A DNA stretch of 64,000 nucleotides from Gracilinanus agilis (Eukaryota), in assembly GCF_016433145.1 (NCBI RefSeq), contig NC_058132.1, forward strand, positions 28,828,260 through 28,892,259, in the 5' to 3' direction. The notes beneath the pieces were generated by a model. That model had not been told where the DNA came from. It did no database searches and saw only the letters and a program-made list of their open reading frames with translations. The first letter of the stretch is position 1. Every line of letters begins with the position of its first letter. Made by a program: the position numbers and the translations under genes. Shown here piece after piece: positions 1 through 13,100 of this stretch.

Positions 1-430
1 GCGCCCCTCCCCCAGCAGCGTGCCCCAGTCCCAGCGCCTGTTCGGACGACTCCCAATTCCCGGGCACTAACCCTCCTCCCACCACCACCCCGATTGAGTG
101 GACCCGCCCCACAGGACCCCACCCCTCACTGCATCGACCCCTAGCTTGTCCCCTGCTACAGCACCCCCCTCACCCCTGCTGCGTGAGCCCTCGGATAGAG
201 TGGACCGCTCCCCGCTGCCCCCCCAGCGTGCTACCCCAGCTACGTGGAACTGCCCTTCCCCCACCTCGCCCCCCGCATCGTGGGCCTTCTTAGTGCCTCC
301 TTTCCCGAGGCTTCGGACAGGCCCCCACATCCCCCTCTGTTCACCCACACACACCCCAGCCAGCAGCCCGGCCCTCTGCCGCGGCCCTCACAGAATCTCT
401 GGCCTTCATGGGGTCCAAGCCCTGACAGGA
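1..430. promoter_or_regulatory. 3' shoulder of the HAUS5 CpG island (intron 1), C-rich
   Basis: GC/CpG-rich, C-skewed sequence upstream of HAUS5 exon 2; no exon-1 peptide found in the window. Confidence 0.5.
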
Positions 431-488
431 ACCCCTTCTACATCATTTGTTGTTGTTGTTTGTTGTTGTTGTTGTTGTTGTTGTTGTT

Positions 489-676
489 AACCCTTACCTT
501 CCATCGTGGAGCCAATACTGTGTATTGTCTCCAAGGCAGAAGAGTGGTAAGGGTAGACAATGGGGTCAAGTGACTTGCCCAGGGTCACACAGCTGGGAAG
601 TGTCTGAGGCCAGATTTGAACCTAGGACCTCCTGACTCTAGGCCTGGCTCTTCATCGACTGGGCTATCCAGCTGCC
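489..676 (-). mobile_element. Marsupial tRNA-headed SINE with (GTT)n tail (447-488)
   Basis: Reverse complement of the recurrent GGGGCAGCTGGGTAGCTCAGTGG...GGTAAGGGTT unit. Confidence 0.85.
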
Positions 677-1442
677 ACCCCCCACCTTCCTTCTACTTTG
701 GACCTGACTAGTGGACTTGATTTAGGACCCTTTGATTTGATGGGGCGCTCACTCCCTCCGCAGGCAGCCCACTCCTCCTTTGGCCAAACTCTGTTGGGGA
801 GATTTTTTCTGGTCTCTAGCAGTCTGTCTGTCTGCAGCCTCCACCCCTCCATCCTGGTTCTGCCCTTCAGAGCCATCTAGTGACTCAAATCCTTCAAATG
901 CCTGGCAGCCCTTGAAGTGCTGAGGATAGCTGTCTTGTGCCCTTTGAGTCTATTTCTTTGGGCTTAAGATTCTTATTTCCTTTAACTGATCCTTCGTCCC
1001 TTCCCTGGCTCTTGGGCCCTCCTTCTTGTATACTTTTTACCTGCTAATACACAAGCTTCTTGAGAACAGGAGCTGTTACATTTTCCTCTGTGTCCTTATG
1101 CCTAATACAGTGGCTGCTGCAGAGCAGCTTCTTAATAAATGCTTTATTGAATGCTTGAAAAAAAAGAGCCATGTAAATATGAGCAATAATTCAATTTAGA
1201 TTCATTATTATACTCAGTAATGGGGTGCAAAGACAATAAAGGAAAATAATCCCTGCTCTCAAATTTTTGTGAATTCAATTCTATTGAGGGGTGGAGGGGA
1301 GAGTGCAAGTAAATACAAAATGCAAAATAATTTGGGATGGAGAGTAGGGGCACTAGCAACAAATGAATATCCCTTTACCATTCTGGAAGTACTCCAGTTT
1401 CTCCATGTCCTTAAAATGAAGCTTAATAATATTCCATTTGTA

Positions 1443-1620
1443 GGGCAGCTGGGTAGCTCAGTGGATTGAGAGTCAGGTCTAGAGACAGGAGGTCCTAGGT
1501 TCAAATCCGGCCTCAGACACTTCCCAGCTGTGTGACCCTGGGCAAGTCACTTGACCCCCATTGCCTACCCTTACCACTCTTCTACCTAGGAGCCAATTCA
1601 CAGAAGTTAAGGGTTTAAAA
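1443..1620 (+). mobile_element. SINE, short-3' variant
   Basis: Full head; TSD AATAATATTCCATT on both sides. Confidence 0.9.
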
Positions 1621-2545
1621 TAATAATAATAATATTCCATTCGTGGTCTGACCAGGAAGGGCAGAGCAGAGTAGGATGGATACTTCCCTTGTTAGAAGCA
1701 TTTCTCTTTCTTGATTCAGTGTAAGGTTGAATTTGGGTTTTTTGCTGTCATATTATTGCTTCATTGACTTGCAGCCACTAAAACCTCTAGCACTTTTTCA
1801 GACAAATTGCTCTCTAGCCAGCTCATCTCTTGTTAACCTTGCAGTTAGGTTTTTGGACCCAAGAAAGCTCTAACATTTACTAGCTGTGTAACCATGGGCA
1901 AGTAATAGGATCATAGAGCAGCAAAGGGACCTTAGAAGCCATCTAATCTAATTCCTTTCCCCTCTTCTTATTTTATAAACCTCTTTGAACTGGTCAGGAT
2001 TTTTGGACCCTGATTTTGTCATCTATCCTGTTGGTTATCCCTATCAACTTTGAGTCATCTGCATCTTGATAAGTAGGTTATTTATCTAAGCTCGAGGAAG
2101 ATTTGAAGGAACGTTTCTTAAGAGATTTCCTTCCAAGTTCATCAGAATGGAACTTAAATGTCATTGAGGCCAACCCTTTCCTCTCACAAATGGACAAGTG
2201 GCATCAAACCATTAATAATTCTTTAGGTCTAGTCATTCAGCTAGTTTGAAATTCACCAAAATGCAGTGTGGTCCAGCCCCCATCTATTGGCCTTGTTACA
2301 AGAACAGCACCAGAGGTTTTGCTCAATACTTTACTGAAATTGAGGTAAAATATATCTCCAGCACTCCTGAAGGTTGAACCCAGTAACCTTGTTAGAAGAA
2401 TAAGCAGTCATTCCAGCCTATTCTGGATGGAGCCATATTGGTTTTCTATATGGCCTACTGCCTTCCCATTCTTGATGTTGACAATCGTCTTTCCTGTTAA
2501 TGATATGTTCTGGAATTTTCAAACGCCATTCCTTTCCCATTGTTT

Positions 2546-2968
2546 TTTTAACCCTTCTCTTTCGTCTTAGAATCAGTACTGTGTGTTGGTTCCAAGGCAG
2601 AAGAGTGGCAAGGGCTAGGCAATGGGGGTTAAGTGACTTTCCCAGAGTCACACAGCTAGGAAGTATCTGAGGTCAGATTTGAAACCAGAACTTCCCATCT
2701 GGGGGCAGCTGAGTAGCTCAGTGGTTTGAGAGCCAGGCCTAGAGACAGGAGGTCCTAGGTTCAAATCTGGCCTCAGACACTTCCCAGCTGTGTGACCCTG
2801 GGCAAGTCACTTGACCCCCATTGCCTACCCTTACCACTCTTCTCCCTTGGAGCCAATACACAGTATTGACTCCAAGATGGAAGGTAAGGATTTATTTAAA
2901 AAAAAAAAAAAAAAAGAACTTCCCATCTCCAGGCTTGGTTCTCTATCCACCAAGCCACCTAGTTGCCT
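2546..2968 (-). mobile_element. SINE interrupted by a younger + strand SINE (2701-2914)
   Basis: 14-bp TSD AGAACTTCCCATCT at 2687-2700 and 2915-2928. Confidence 0.9.
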
Positions 2969-4147
2969 CTCATTCTTGTCCCTTTTATGAAAATCAAGTC
3001 ATTTTCCCTTTTCCAACCTGATAGTACCTTTCCTGTCCTCCACAGTCTTCCCAAATCACTCACCCCAGTTCAGCTATCCCATTTGCCAACAGCAGGGAGC
3101 TGAGCCTGGCAGTTGCAGTCCAGTCTTTCTCACTGGCTCCTTGCCTGTCTTAGGAGTTAGTTCTTTATTAGTCTTTTTTGTTTTGTCCTTTCCAGTCCTA
3201 AGATCATTCTCTTTGGCAAAACAAACAAAAAACAAGCAAATGAACTGTTAAATAGCAACAAGAATTTCACCTTCTCTCTTTTGTTCACATTTATTAGCCT
3301 TCACGATGAACCATGACTCCATTCTTTCTTTGAGCTTCCTTTCTCCAATATAATGTTTAAAAAAGAAAGAAAAAAAGTGTTGTCATCCTTACATTTCTTC
3401 TGTCTGGTGTACTTTTCCATTAGAATTTCAAACTACATAATCCAAAAACTTATATTTCTTGGCACTCTGAAATCTGAATGTCTATTAGATTTTCTGATTG
3501 AGAAGAAGGTCAGGCACAATGCAAGACAGAGTAGTCATTTATCCCCCCCCATAATTTCTTCCTTAATAAGAACAATTAGATCCAGAATTAATAGTTCCCA
3601 TTGCAGCTTACTCTACTTTTTTGAAGGATAAATTTGTCATTAAGGCAGACCTTCCCCTTTTAACTACATCAGGGTTCTGTGCCAGAATCATGTCTGTTTC
3701 CCAAAGTCTTTTTCTCTTCTTCCTGTCTATATCAGTTAGTATTTATTAAGCACCCACTGTGTGCCAGGCACTGTGCCAAGTGCTGGATGCCCTGTAGGAT
3801 GCTTTTGTAGTTGTAGCACTTTTGGTTCTCTGATGGTCTGTTCCCCACCATCCCCTCTGGATCCTAGGTTTTCTTCCAGAAGTGTGTTACATTATACAAT
3901 CCTATTTCCAGCCCAGCCTGAGCCCTTTCTCTTATCTGATCTTTTTGAATAAGCCATATTCCAATCACTGGCCCCATCTCTTCTCAGTGATACACTTGAA
4001 ATCGAATTTGTTTCTTCAACCTAGGATTGCTACTTGGCCTTTCTTGTCACTCATACTTTTACAGTCCCCTTAGCCGTCACCCCCTTAGCCTCCCCAGATC
4101 CTCTTCCTTTCTGGCTTTATGACTTCTCTTTCAACCCACTTCCTCAG

Positions 4148-7100
4148 GATGTGTATAGGCCCCATGGCTGATATCTGGACCTTTCTGACCCAGAGGATCC
4201 ATAACCAGAGGTGAGAGAGAGACACAAGTAGAATGGTGGGCTAGGGAGGGTTCCTTCTCTGGGAGAGGAAAGTCTAATGCTAAGCCTATCCTTTATATTC
4301 TTTTCTTTCCTCCAGGACTGTAAGGAAGATTCGTGGGAACCTTTTGTGGTATCTTCCAGCCCTGACTTCTCACCTGGCCCTGCTCTTTGCCTTTTGGACC
4401 TGTCTGGAACACCTAGAGGCGGGAGGGACCCTTTAAGTTAAAGCATCAAGGGGCAACCTCTCAGTGGAATGGGGAAAGGGCATGAAAATCAAGGCTGGGG
4501 GGCCTCAGATGGTCCCTTAGATGAACTCTTTTTTTTAACCCTTACTTTCTGTCTTAGTAGTAATTCTAAGACAGAAGGGCAAGGGCTACACATTTGGGGT
4601 TAAGTGATTTGCTTGGGGTCACACAGCTAGGAAATGGCTGAGACCAGCTTTGAACCCAGGTCATTCAGACTACTGGCCTGGTGCTCTATCCACTGAGTCA
4701 CCTATCTGCCCCTCCCAGATGAACTTGCTAAGCAGAGGCCCTCTCCCAGCTTTTGAATTGCCTGTAGTTTGCTGATTAGGCTCCTCTGGGTTGGTCTTTC
4801 CCTGAAAAGCATTTGTGTCTCTGCTTACCCTCTTGTGGTTGCACTTCCAATTCATCCTTCTATGACCCTGCTTTTCAACTCCTTAACCCTTTGGTTCCTT
4901 ACAGGTACAGCCACCAGGAAAGCCCAGAGGTGAGATCAGAGTCCAGTCTCTGCTGGGTGTTGCCCCTGGGGGAATGGGGGTGGAGAACAAAAGTCCTCTG
5001 CCTTCCCCCTTCCTTGGCAGGGACCATTCGGACACTGATTGAGTACCTACTATGTGCCAGGCACTAGAGACACAGAGACTATAAAAAAGTCCCTGCCCAC
5101 AAAGTAAACCCAAATGAATAAAGACAGCATCTGTACAGAGCTCTACAAAAGCCTTTGGGGATAGCACAGCATCACTTTTCTCTAGACCAGCAGCACCCTG
5201 ACCTGGAGAAAACTTAGGACCAGAGTGGGCTGGGGAGAGCTAGCTCATTGGGGGAAACAAAACCAAAGGGCTTCCCAGAGGGGGCAGCATCTGATCTCTG
5301 TTGCTTGGTAGGCTGTCAGGAGGCGAGAGCTGGAGGCAGCTCTGGGGAGGCTTCGGGCAGAGATTCAAGAAATTGACCTGAACCTGGAGCTAACTGAACG
5401 AGAGGCCGTAGCTCAGGGTGAGTGACCGTTTGGCAACTAGGGAAAGCCTGGGAATAGAAGAGGGTCTTTCAGATTCCTTAACACTGCCTTGGGTCCTATT
5501 TCTCCCTACAGACATGGCCCAGGAGCTCATGCTGAAGCAGATCTGGGATGCCCAAGGCAAGGCTCTGCTCCTCCGGGCACGAGCAAAAGCTGCCCGACGG
5601 CAGCATCGAGGCCTCAGGGACCGGACCCAGCGGCTCCGAGGCCAGCTCAGCCACCTGCAGGAGATGGGAAGGTAGGCCCTGGCATGACTGATCCCTGTCC
5701 CTCCAGCCCTAGGGATCTAGGGGTCTGAAGCCCCAAATCTTTCCTGCTTCCACAAAACAAAACAAAGTAACAGAAACCTTTCTCCCCCAGGAAGGCCAAA
5801 GCAGATGTAGCCTTTGGGCCTCCAACACCCATGCCTTTGGGCCTGGAGCCAGATGTCCTGGTGAGTGTCCAGGACACCCCCTGAGGGGCAGTGCCAGGCA
5901 ATAGCTTCCTCTCACTCCTGCTCGTTCTCTTTCCAGCAAGAGGTCATGAGGGTCTGTACCCTGTGCTCCCACTTCCTGCAGGCCCTGCTGAGCTCTCATT
6001 CTGACCCAAGGACTTTGTGAGTTAGCCCCTGCCTTTCCCCCACAGCTACTGCCTCCCAGGCCCTAGGGATGGTCTTTGTGGAGCCTCATTCCCCTTCCTC
6101 TAAACACCATCTCCCCTCAGGACCACCCAGGAAGACTTGTTTGCCACAACTCACAGGCAGTGGTTTAGCGAAACGGAGGTGAGTAAGGCCTTGGGGAGGA
6201 CCTGAGGAGCCGAGCCTGGGGGTGTTCCCAGCTGACCCAGAGGAGCATTAGGTCTCAGACTCCCTCCTCCCACCAGGCCCTGATGACTTCCTACCCTCCT
6301 GCCCAAATCCTGGGGGCTCTGGAGCACCTGGCTTCAAGGCAGACCGCTGAGCTGCAGATGCTCACCGATCAGTGGGATGGGGAAGCACATAGGTAGGAGC
6401 CACTGAGGGAGAGGGGAAGGGTCAAGGTTTCCGTCAGGGCCTCTCATCCTCCTGTTTTCTTGATAGGTTACAATTAGAAGGTGTGTCAGAGTCCCCAGTC
6501 CTGCCCTCCCTGACCCACCTCATCCAGGTAAAGGGGAGGCTTTGTTCCTCCATCCCCATCCTTCCGGGGGTGGGGGGGGCCTAGGACTTCCATAATTGCT
6601 ATATTACTTCCTCTCTACCTCTAGGAAGGTTGGCAGGCTGTAGGGGCCTTGACTTCGAGGCGAGGCCCTCTCCTGCAGCAAAGTCAAGCCCTGGCTGAGA
6701 GATTCCAGTGCCTAATGAAGGAAGTGAAGCAGAGAGTGGCAGGGCCCCAGGAGGCTTGGTGAGATGACAGCCCTGTGTGTATCTGTGTGTGTGTCTCTCT
6801 CTGAGTTCTTGTTCTCAAGTCTGTGCCACTAACCCCATGTGCTCCCTCCCTCCCTTCCTCAGCCAAGCCTTGTCCTTGAGGCTCCAGGTGGCTGCACTCC
6901 AGGCCACCCGTAACTCTCTGAGAGCTCAGGGCCAGAGCCTGAAGGAGGGGGCTGAGCGGAGGCAGCAGGAACTTTGGGAGCTCCAGGCCAAACGGCATCG
7001 AATCCTGAGCTGGCGACAACAAGTGGTGAGTAGCTGCCACCAGCCTGGGGGTGGCAAGGCCTACCCACTCTGCCCTAAGTCTGGTTATATCCCCAGGAGG

Positions 7101-10100
7101 AGACACAGGAGCGGATCCGGGTCCTGATCAAAGGGAATTCTGTCAGCAAGAGTCACCTTCAGAAAAGCCCAAGAGAGGTGAGGGGGCTTCAGACCTGGGC
7201 CTTTGGGATCCAATGTAAAGGCGAGGACGGTGGCTTGATGGAAGGGCAGCCTCTGGAACTTGGGGGTCTGAAGGAGGCAGGTGATGAAAGACTGGGCTTA
7301 TGGTCCTTGGGGATTGAAGAGTCCCTGGTGGGAGGGGAGGCTACCTTTCTGATGCTTTATCCTCTACTTCTCTAGGTACAGGCCTTAGTCCAAAGGAAGG
7401 TAGTTCCAGCTACAGGAGCAGTGGGGCTACAGGCCCAGAATCTACTGGGAAGACTAGATGATGAGTCCCAGTGGCTCCTGGGGCTGGAGCTCAATCCCTT
7501 GCTTCGGCGCCATCCTGGAGGGTAAGAACATATCTTGGAAGATTTCTTCCTTTTCTTCTTCCTTCCCAATTGCTAATCCCTGAGATTAGAGACCTCTCCC
7601 TTCCCCATTGCCTGTGATCCTGACCTCCGTAAACCATACCACCCCTTCCATCCTGCAGGCCCCAGCCTCTTCCAGCCATCCTCCCATCTATCCATGCTCT
7701 GCATCCAGCATGTCCTAAATCCCAGAACTTCATCCGTCTGAGCCAGAACCTGGGACTGCCCTCAAGCAAAGTAAGACTAACTCCACCCCCCCAATCTGGT
7801 GACTGCCCATATTCCCCCTGGTGCCCTCCTAACCTCACTGAGCTCTCTCCTTCCCAGGCCCCAGAATTCCTTCTCCACCAGGCAGCCTCCCTGCGTCAGG
7901 AATGGCTGTTTCTCCAGGACCAGCTGAGTCACAGGCGTGGGATACTGATGAAGCTACAGAAGGATCTGCCCCTAGGACCATCAACCCAAGGTGAGAGGCC
8001 CCAGCACTGGGGATAGCTACTAGTCATTGAGCATTAGGAAGCATTCCTGTAGCCCAGGCACTGGTCAAGGGTGAAGGAAGAGCAGTGCTTGGTCCTTGGG
8101 TCACTTTCCTTTCCACTTGGACAACCATGTCACCTGCCTGGTCAGAGCTCCACTCCGCTCCAGTCCATCTTCTACTTATTGTCCAAGGGCACAGATCCGG
8201 CCTGGCCCTTCCCCTGCTCAGAAACTACAGTAATTCAATCTATTCAGTAATCATTCCTTGAGTCCCCCTTATGCATAAGGCACATTAGGCATGAAGGCTA
8301 GAGCATGGACTCTGCTCTCAAGAAGCTTCCTGGTAATGGGTCCAAAGAGCATGATAGAGATAACAAGGACACATGGGCAGAGTTGAAGCCAGGAGACATG
8401 GGCAGGGGGTGGGAGGTCAAAAGAGCTCCTGGAGGCCACACTGGAGTTAGGCCTTGAAGGCAGCAATGGGGAAGTGTCGGGAGTAATGTGGAAGAAAGAA
8501 CAGAATGAGTGAAAGCCTAGAGCAGGGAAAGAGCCAAAGGAGCCCTTGGGAGTGGACTGGCTCCACCAGGTACTAGCTGCCCGTCTTAATTTCTTCTTAT
8601 ATAAAATGCAAGGTTGGCACTAGACCTCTAAGTTCCCTTGCAGACTGTCTATGATTCTGAGTCATGTTCAAATGGAAATCAGATGGTGTTTTTAAAATTT
8701 TGTTATTGATGCTGTTTGTTGTGACATTACATTCATTCTGCTATAGAAAATCCAATGTGAAATAAAACCATAGGAGGGCTTAGAATCAGAAACAAGCTGA
8801 GAAAGGCTGGGAATGAATCCCAGAGAAGTGCCTGGGAGAGAAGGAGGAAAGGATGTGCTTCCCCCTCCAGTGGCATTAGGAGGATGACAATCAAGCAGAG
8901 CAGGGAGAAACTAGAGGTAGGACCAGACTAGGCCAGTGCAGAAGTTATTCACAGCATGGGTGAAAGGGGTTAAGAGCCTGAACTGCACTTGTAGGAGTGG
9001 AGAAGAGAAGAGAGGAAAGGAAAGATAGTATCTAGAGAGTATGGAGATAGAATCAGCCCTAGGCAATGTGCTGAGGGAGAGGCTACTTCCACCTCGTCAG
9101 GATGTCACAGAAGCTCCCAGTCTCAAAGTCCTCCATGCTCTGACTTCTATAGGCGAGTCTTGAGCTGAGAAGATGACCAAAGGCTGGGCCCAAATCCAGC
9201 TACCATGACCTGAGAACATGCCTTGGGCAATCATGTTAGGCATCAGAAGAACTTACGGCAAGGAGTCTGCCATGTCTGGATCACTGCCTAGATTTTACAT
9301 GTTTGTGTCTAGCTGTCAGAGGCTGGGATTTGTACTCATGGCTCCTTTCTGGAGTTTCATCCCCTGGGGGCTATTTCAGTTGCTACTCTTTATCATAGCT
9401 ACCTCTCTGGCATTGGCTCAGTGAATACAAAAGTTTTCTTTCTCCTTCGCCTTTCAGTTTAAAGCCCTTTTGATTAGATTTCTCTAACTAATAGTGATTT
9501 ATAACTTTTTTCTTATGTCTATAGCAGGGGTCGGCAACATATGGCTCTTTCTGCAGGAGCCATAAAGTCCATTTTTTTTTCAGGCGCTGTTACAGGAGCG
9601 GCACTGTGAGCACTGTACAGCTCTCATGAAATGACATTTTAAAAAATGTGGCGTTTATGGCTCTCACGGCCAAAAAGGGTGCCGACCCCTGGTCTATAGC
9701 TTTGATTTCTTCTGAAAACTGCCTGTCACATCCTTTGACCATTTGTCAATTACAAAATTACTCTTATTTTATAAATTTGGCTCAGTTCTCTACATTTTTT
9801 TGAGAAATTCATTTTATCAGAGAAACTTGCTATAAATTCCCCACCCCAACACCTTCCTGCCTTTCTTCTCATTTTGGCTGCATTGGTTTTGTTTGTGTAA
9901 GATCTTCCCATTTTACCTCTCTTGATATGTTCAGTCTCTTGTGTGGTCATGAACTCTTCCCTTATCCATAGATCTGACAAGTAAAATTTTCCATACTCCC
10001 CTAATTTGCTTATGATCTTATTCTTGTGTCTAAATCATGTACCCATTTTGACCTTGTCTTGATATATGGTGTCAGATGCTGGTCTGTGCCTAGGTTTCTG

Positions 10101-13100
10101 TCAGACTGCTTTCCAGAATTCCTAGCAATTTTTGCCAAACAGTGAGCAATAGCCTAGATCAGTGATTCCCAAAGTGGGTGCCACCGCCCCCTGGTGGGTG
10201 CTGCAGCGATCCAGTGGGGCAGTGATGGCCACAGGCGCATTTATCTTTCCTGTTAATTGCTATTCAAATTTTTTAAAAATTAATTTCCAGGAGGCTAAGT
10301 AATATTTTTTCTGGAAAGGGGGCAGCAGGCCAAAAAAGTTTGGGAACCCCTGGCGTAGATCTTTGATTTATCAAACACTAGATTTCAGTGATCATTTACT
10401 TCTGTATACTGTGTGCCTAATCTATTCCATCGATCATCCACTCTATTTTTTAGCCAGTACCTAATTGTTTTGATGATTATTGCTTTGTAATATAAATTGA
10501 GATCTGGTACTGCTAAGCCACCTTCTTTCACTTTTTCTCATTGATTCCCTTGATATTCTTGATCTTTTGTTCTTCAAAATGAATTTTGTTATTTTTCCTA
10601 GCCTCCTTTAATCTACCCTACCTCTTACAATCAGAATCCCTTTCTCTTAGTTCCTTCCCCTCCTGTTCTCTGTTGGGTAAGGTGAATTTCTAATCCCAGT
10701 CATGTATGTGTGTATTTCTAATCCCAGTCATGTATGTGTGTATATATACATATGTAAGAGGGGAGACTAGATATTTAAGGTGTGGTCACCAGAAATCAAT
10801 TAACTCATTTCAAAATAAAATAGACCCAAGTCAGGATGACTTTTATGGTAGTTTATTTACAGTTAGGAAGGTTGAAGATAGGGAAGTTGAGAGAGAGAGA
10901 AACTCTGGCCTGGACCAGAGGCCCAAACCAGGTAGGAATTTAGAGGCCCCGGCAGAGGGGCACAGAGGTTGATTAAACAAGGCTTCTAGCCACAAGGCCT
11001 CCTCCAAGAAGAGAGGCCTCCCTAAGGCTAAAGCCTCCAGAAATGCCAAGGGAAGAGAAAGAAAGTCAGCCTAACTTACCCACATGACAATTCAAAGGGA
11101 AGCTGTCTGAGGTCTCACCAGAGATCCTTCAACACGAAGTTCAAAATGCCAACCACCTCCACAGGAAGTTACCACCATATATAAAAGACAGCAGCTTTCA
11201 TCACTTCCTGCATCCACCTCCAATTTCAAATGGACAAATGGCAGCCTCAACACTGTTTTTTGTTTTTGATTTGTTACTATCATGTATGGGTAACAGACCT
11301 CCCCCTCCCCACTTAATTCTAAGTTGGGTGGGGTGACATTATTCCTGGTGGCTAGAGTCTAAACCAGTGATTCCCAAAGTGGGTGCTACTGCCCCCTGGT
11401 GGGTGCTGCAGCGATCCAAGGAGCGGTGATGGCCACACTATTTTTGTATTACATTCTATTCTGCGTTCAATAAATAGTTTTCATAATTTCCAGGGGGTGC
11501 TAAGTAATATTTTTTTCTGGAAAGGGGGTGGTAGGCCAAAAAAGTTTGGGAACCACTGGTCTAAACAAATGAATGAGGGTGAGTTAATTCCATTCACACA
11601 CATATGTTTCCTTGTTGTACCAGTTCAGATGAAATTGAGGTTTACATTGCCCACTTCTCCCTCCCTATTTTCTCCTCCATTGTAAAATCTCTTACTTGTG
11701 AGCCTTTTTTATTCAAGAACATTTTCCTTATTCTTTCTCTCCTCCCTTCTCCTAGTACATCACTCTTCCTCACCTTTCTGTTCTTTTTTTTTGAGATTGA
11801 TTGACTTACACCCATTCTCTTTGTCTATATAGTCTCCTAACTCTTCTAATTTTTGGAATTACATGTATCATCTTCCCATATTAGGAATGTAAACCATTTG
11901 ATTTTAAGTCCCTTATTAAATCCATTTTTTCTCCTGAAGGATTATATGCAGTTTTGTTGGGTAGGTTATTCTTAGTTATAATCCTAGATTCTTTGCCTTC
12001 CAGAATATCATATCAATCCCTCTTCTCCTGTATAGTGGTAGCTGCTAAATCTTGTGATTGTTACTTTAGGTTCACAGTATTTGAATTGTTTCTATCTAAT
12101 CTAGCTTCTTGAAGTATTTTCCCCTTTAATTGGGAACTTTGGAATTTGGTGATAATATTCCTGGGAGGTATCACTTAATTTCTTTTAGGAGGTGGGAAAA
12201 TTCTTTTGATTTCTACTTTGCCCTCTGGTTCTATGATATTTGGGTAATTTTTTCCTTTATAATTTCTTGAAATTGAATGTTTTGAATATTGTCTTTAAAT
12301 CATAGTTTTCAGGTAGTCCAATAATTCTTAAGTTATCTCTCCTCAATTTTTTTTCAGATCAGTTGTTTTTCTGATGAGCTATTTCATCTTTTCTTCTATT
12401 TTGTCATTCTCTTGAACTTTTATTTTCTTAATGTCTCATGGAATCTTTAGCTTCCACTTGCCCAAATCTAATTTTTAAGAAGTTATTTTCTTTAGCAAGG
12501 TTTTGTACCTCTTACCAAACTGTTAATTCTTTTAGTAATTGACTTGCTTTGCTGTCATTTTCCCCAATTTTTCCTCTTCCACTATTTTGATTTTTTTACT
12601 CTTTAATAACTTCTAGGAATTCTTGTTGGACTTATGTCCAATGTGCATTTTTCTTTGAGGTTTTCCTTATAAATGGTTTCAAGTCATTGTCTTCTGAATT
12701 TGTCTTGAGTTTCCCTATCACTGTATAAGATTTTTATTGTCAGGTTCTTTTTTTGTTGTTTGCTCATATTTCCATCTTATTTCTTAATTTTTAACTTTTA
12801 TGTTAGGGTTGCTCACCTCTGGAGGTGATGGTTAGCTTGAGTTTCTGTGGCTAGATCTGGGAACCCATAGGTTTACAATGGTTCCAAAGTGGTGTGATCC
12901 AGGTTGAGTTCTGATCACTATCCTTCTGGTCTGGGCTCTGCTCCATACCAAGGCAGGGTATCTACACCCACATGACTGCAGATTGGCACTATCTTTTTAT
13001 CCTGGAACTGTGATCCAGAACTGGGTAAGGGGCAAAGGAACTACCAAATGGCACCTGGTCCTGCACCCAGTGCTCACACAGGAATCCCCTTTAATCTCTT

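Noticed and set aside
98-573. ORFs ending in poly-Cys/Leu/Val
   Set aside because: They are translations of the (GTT)n SINE tail and C-rich intron 1 sequence.
1443-1520. tRNA gene calls at SINE heads
   Set aside because: The tRNA-like A/B boxes belong to SINE bodies with tails and TSDs; no complete cloverleaf.
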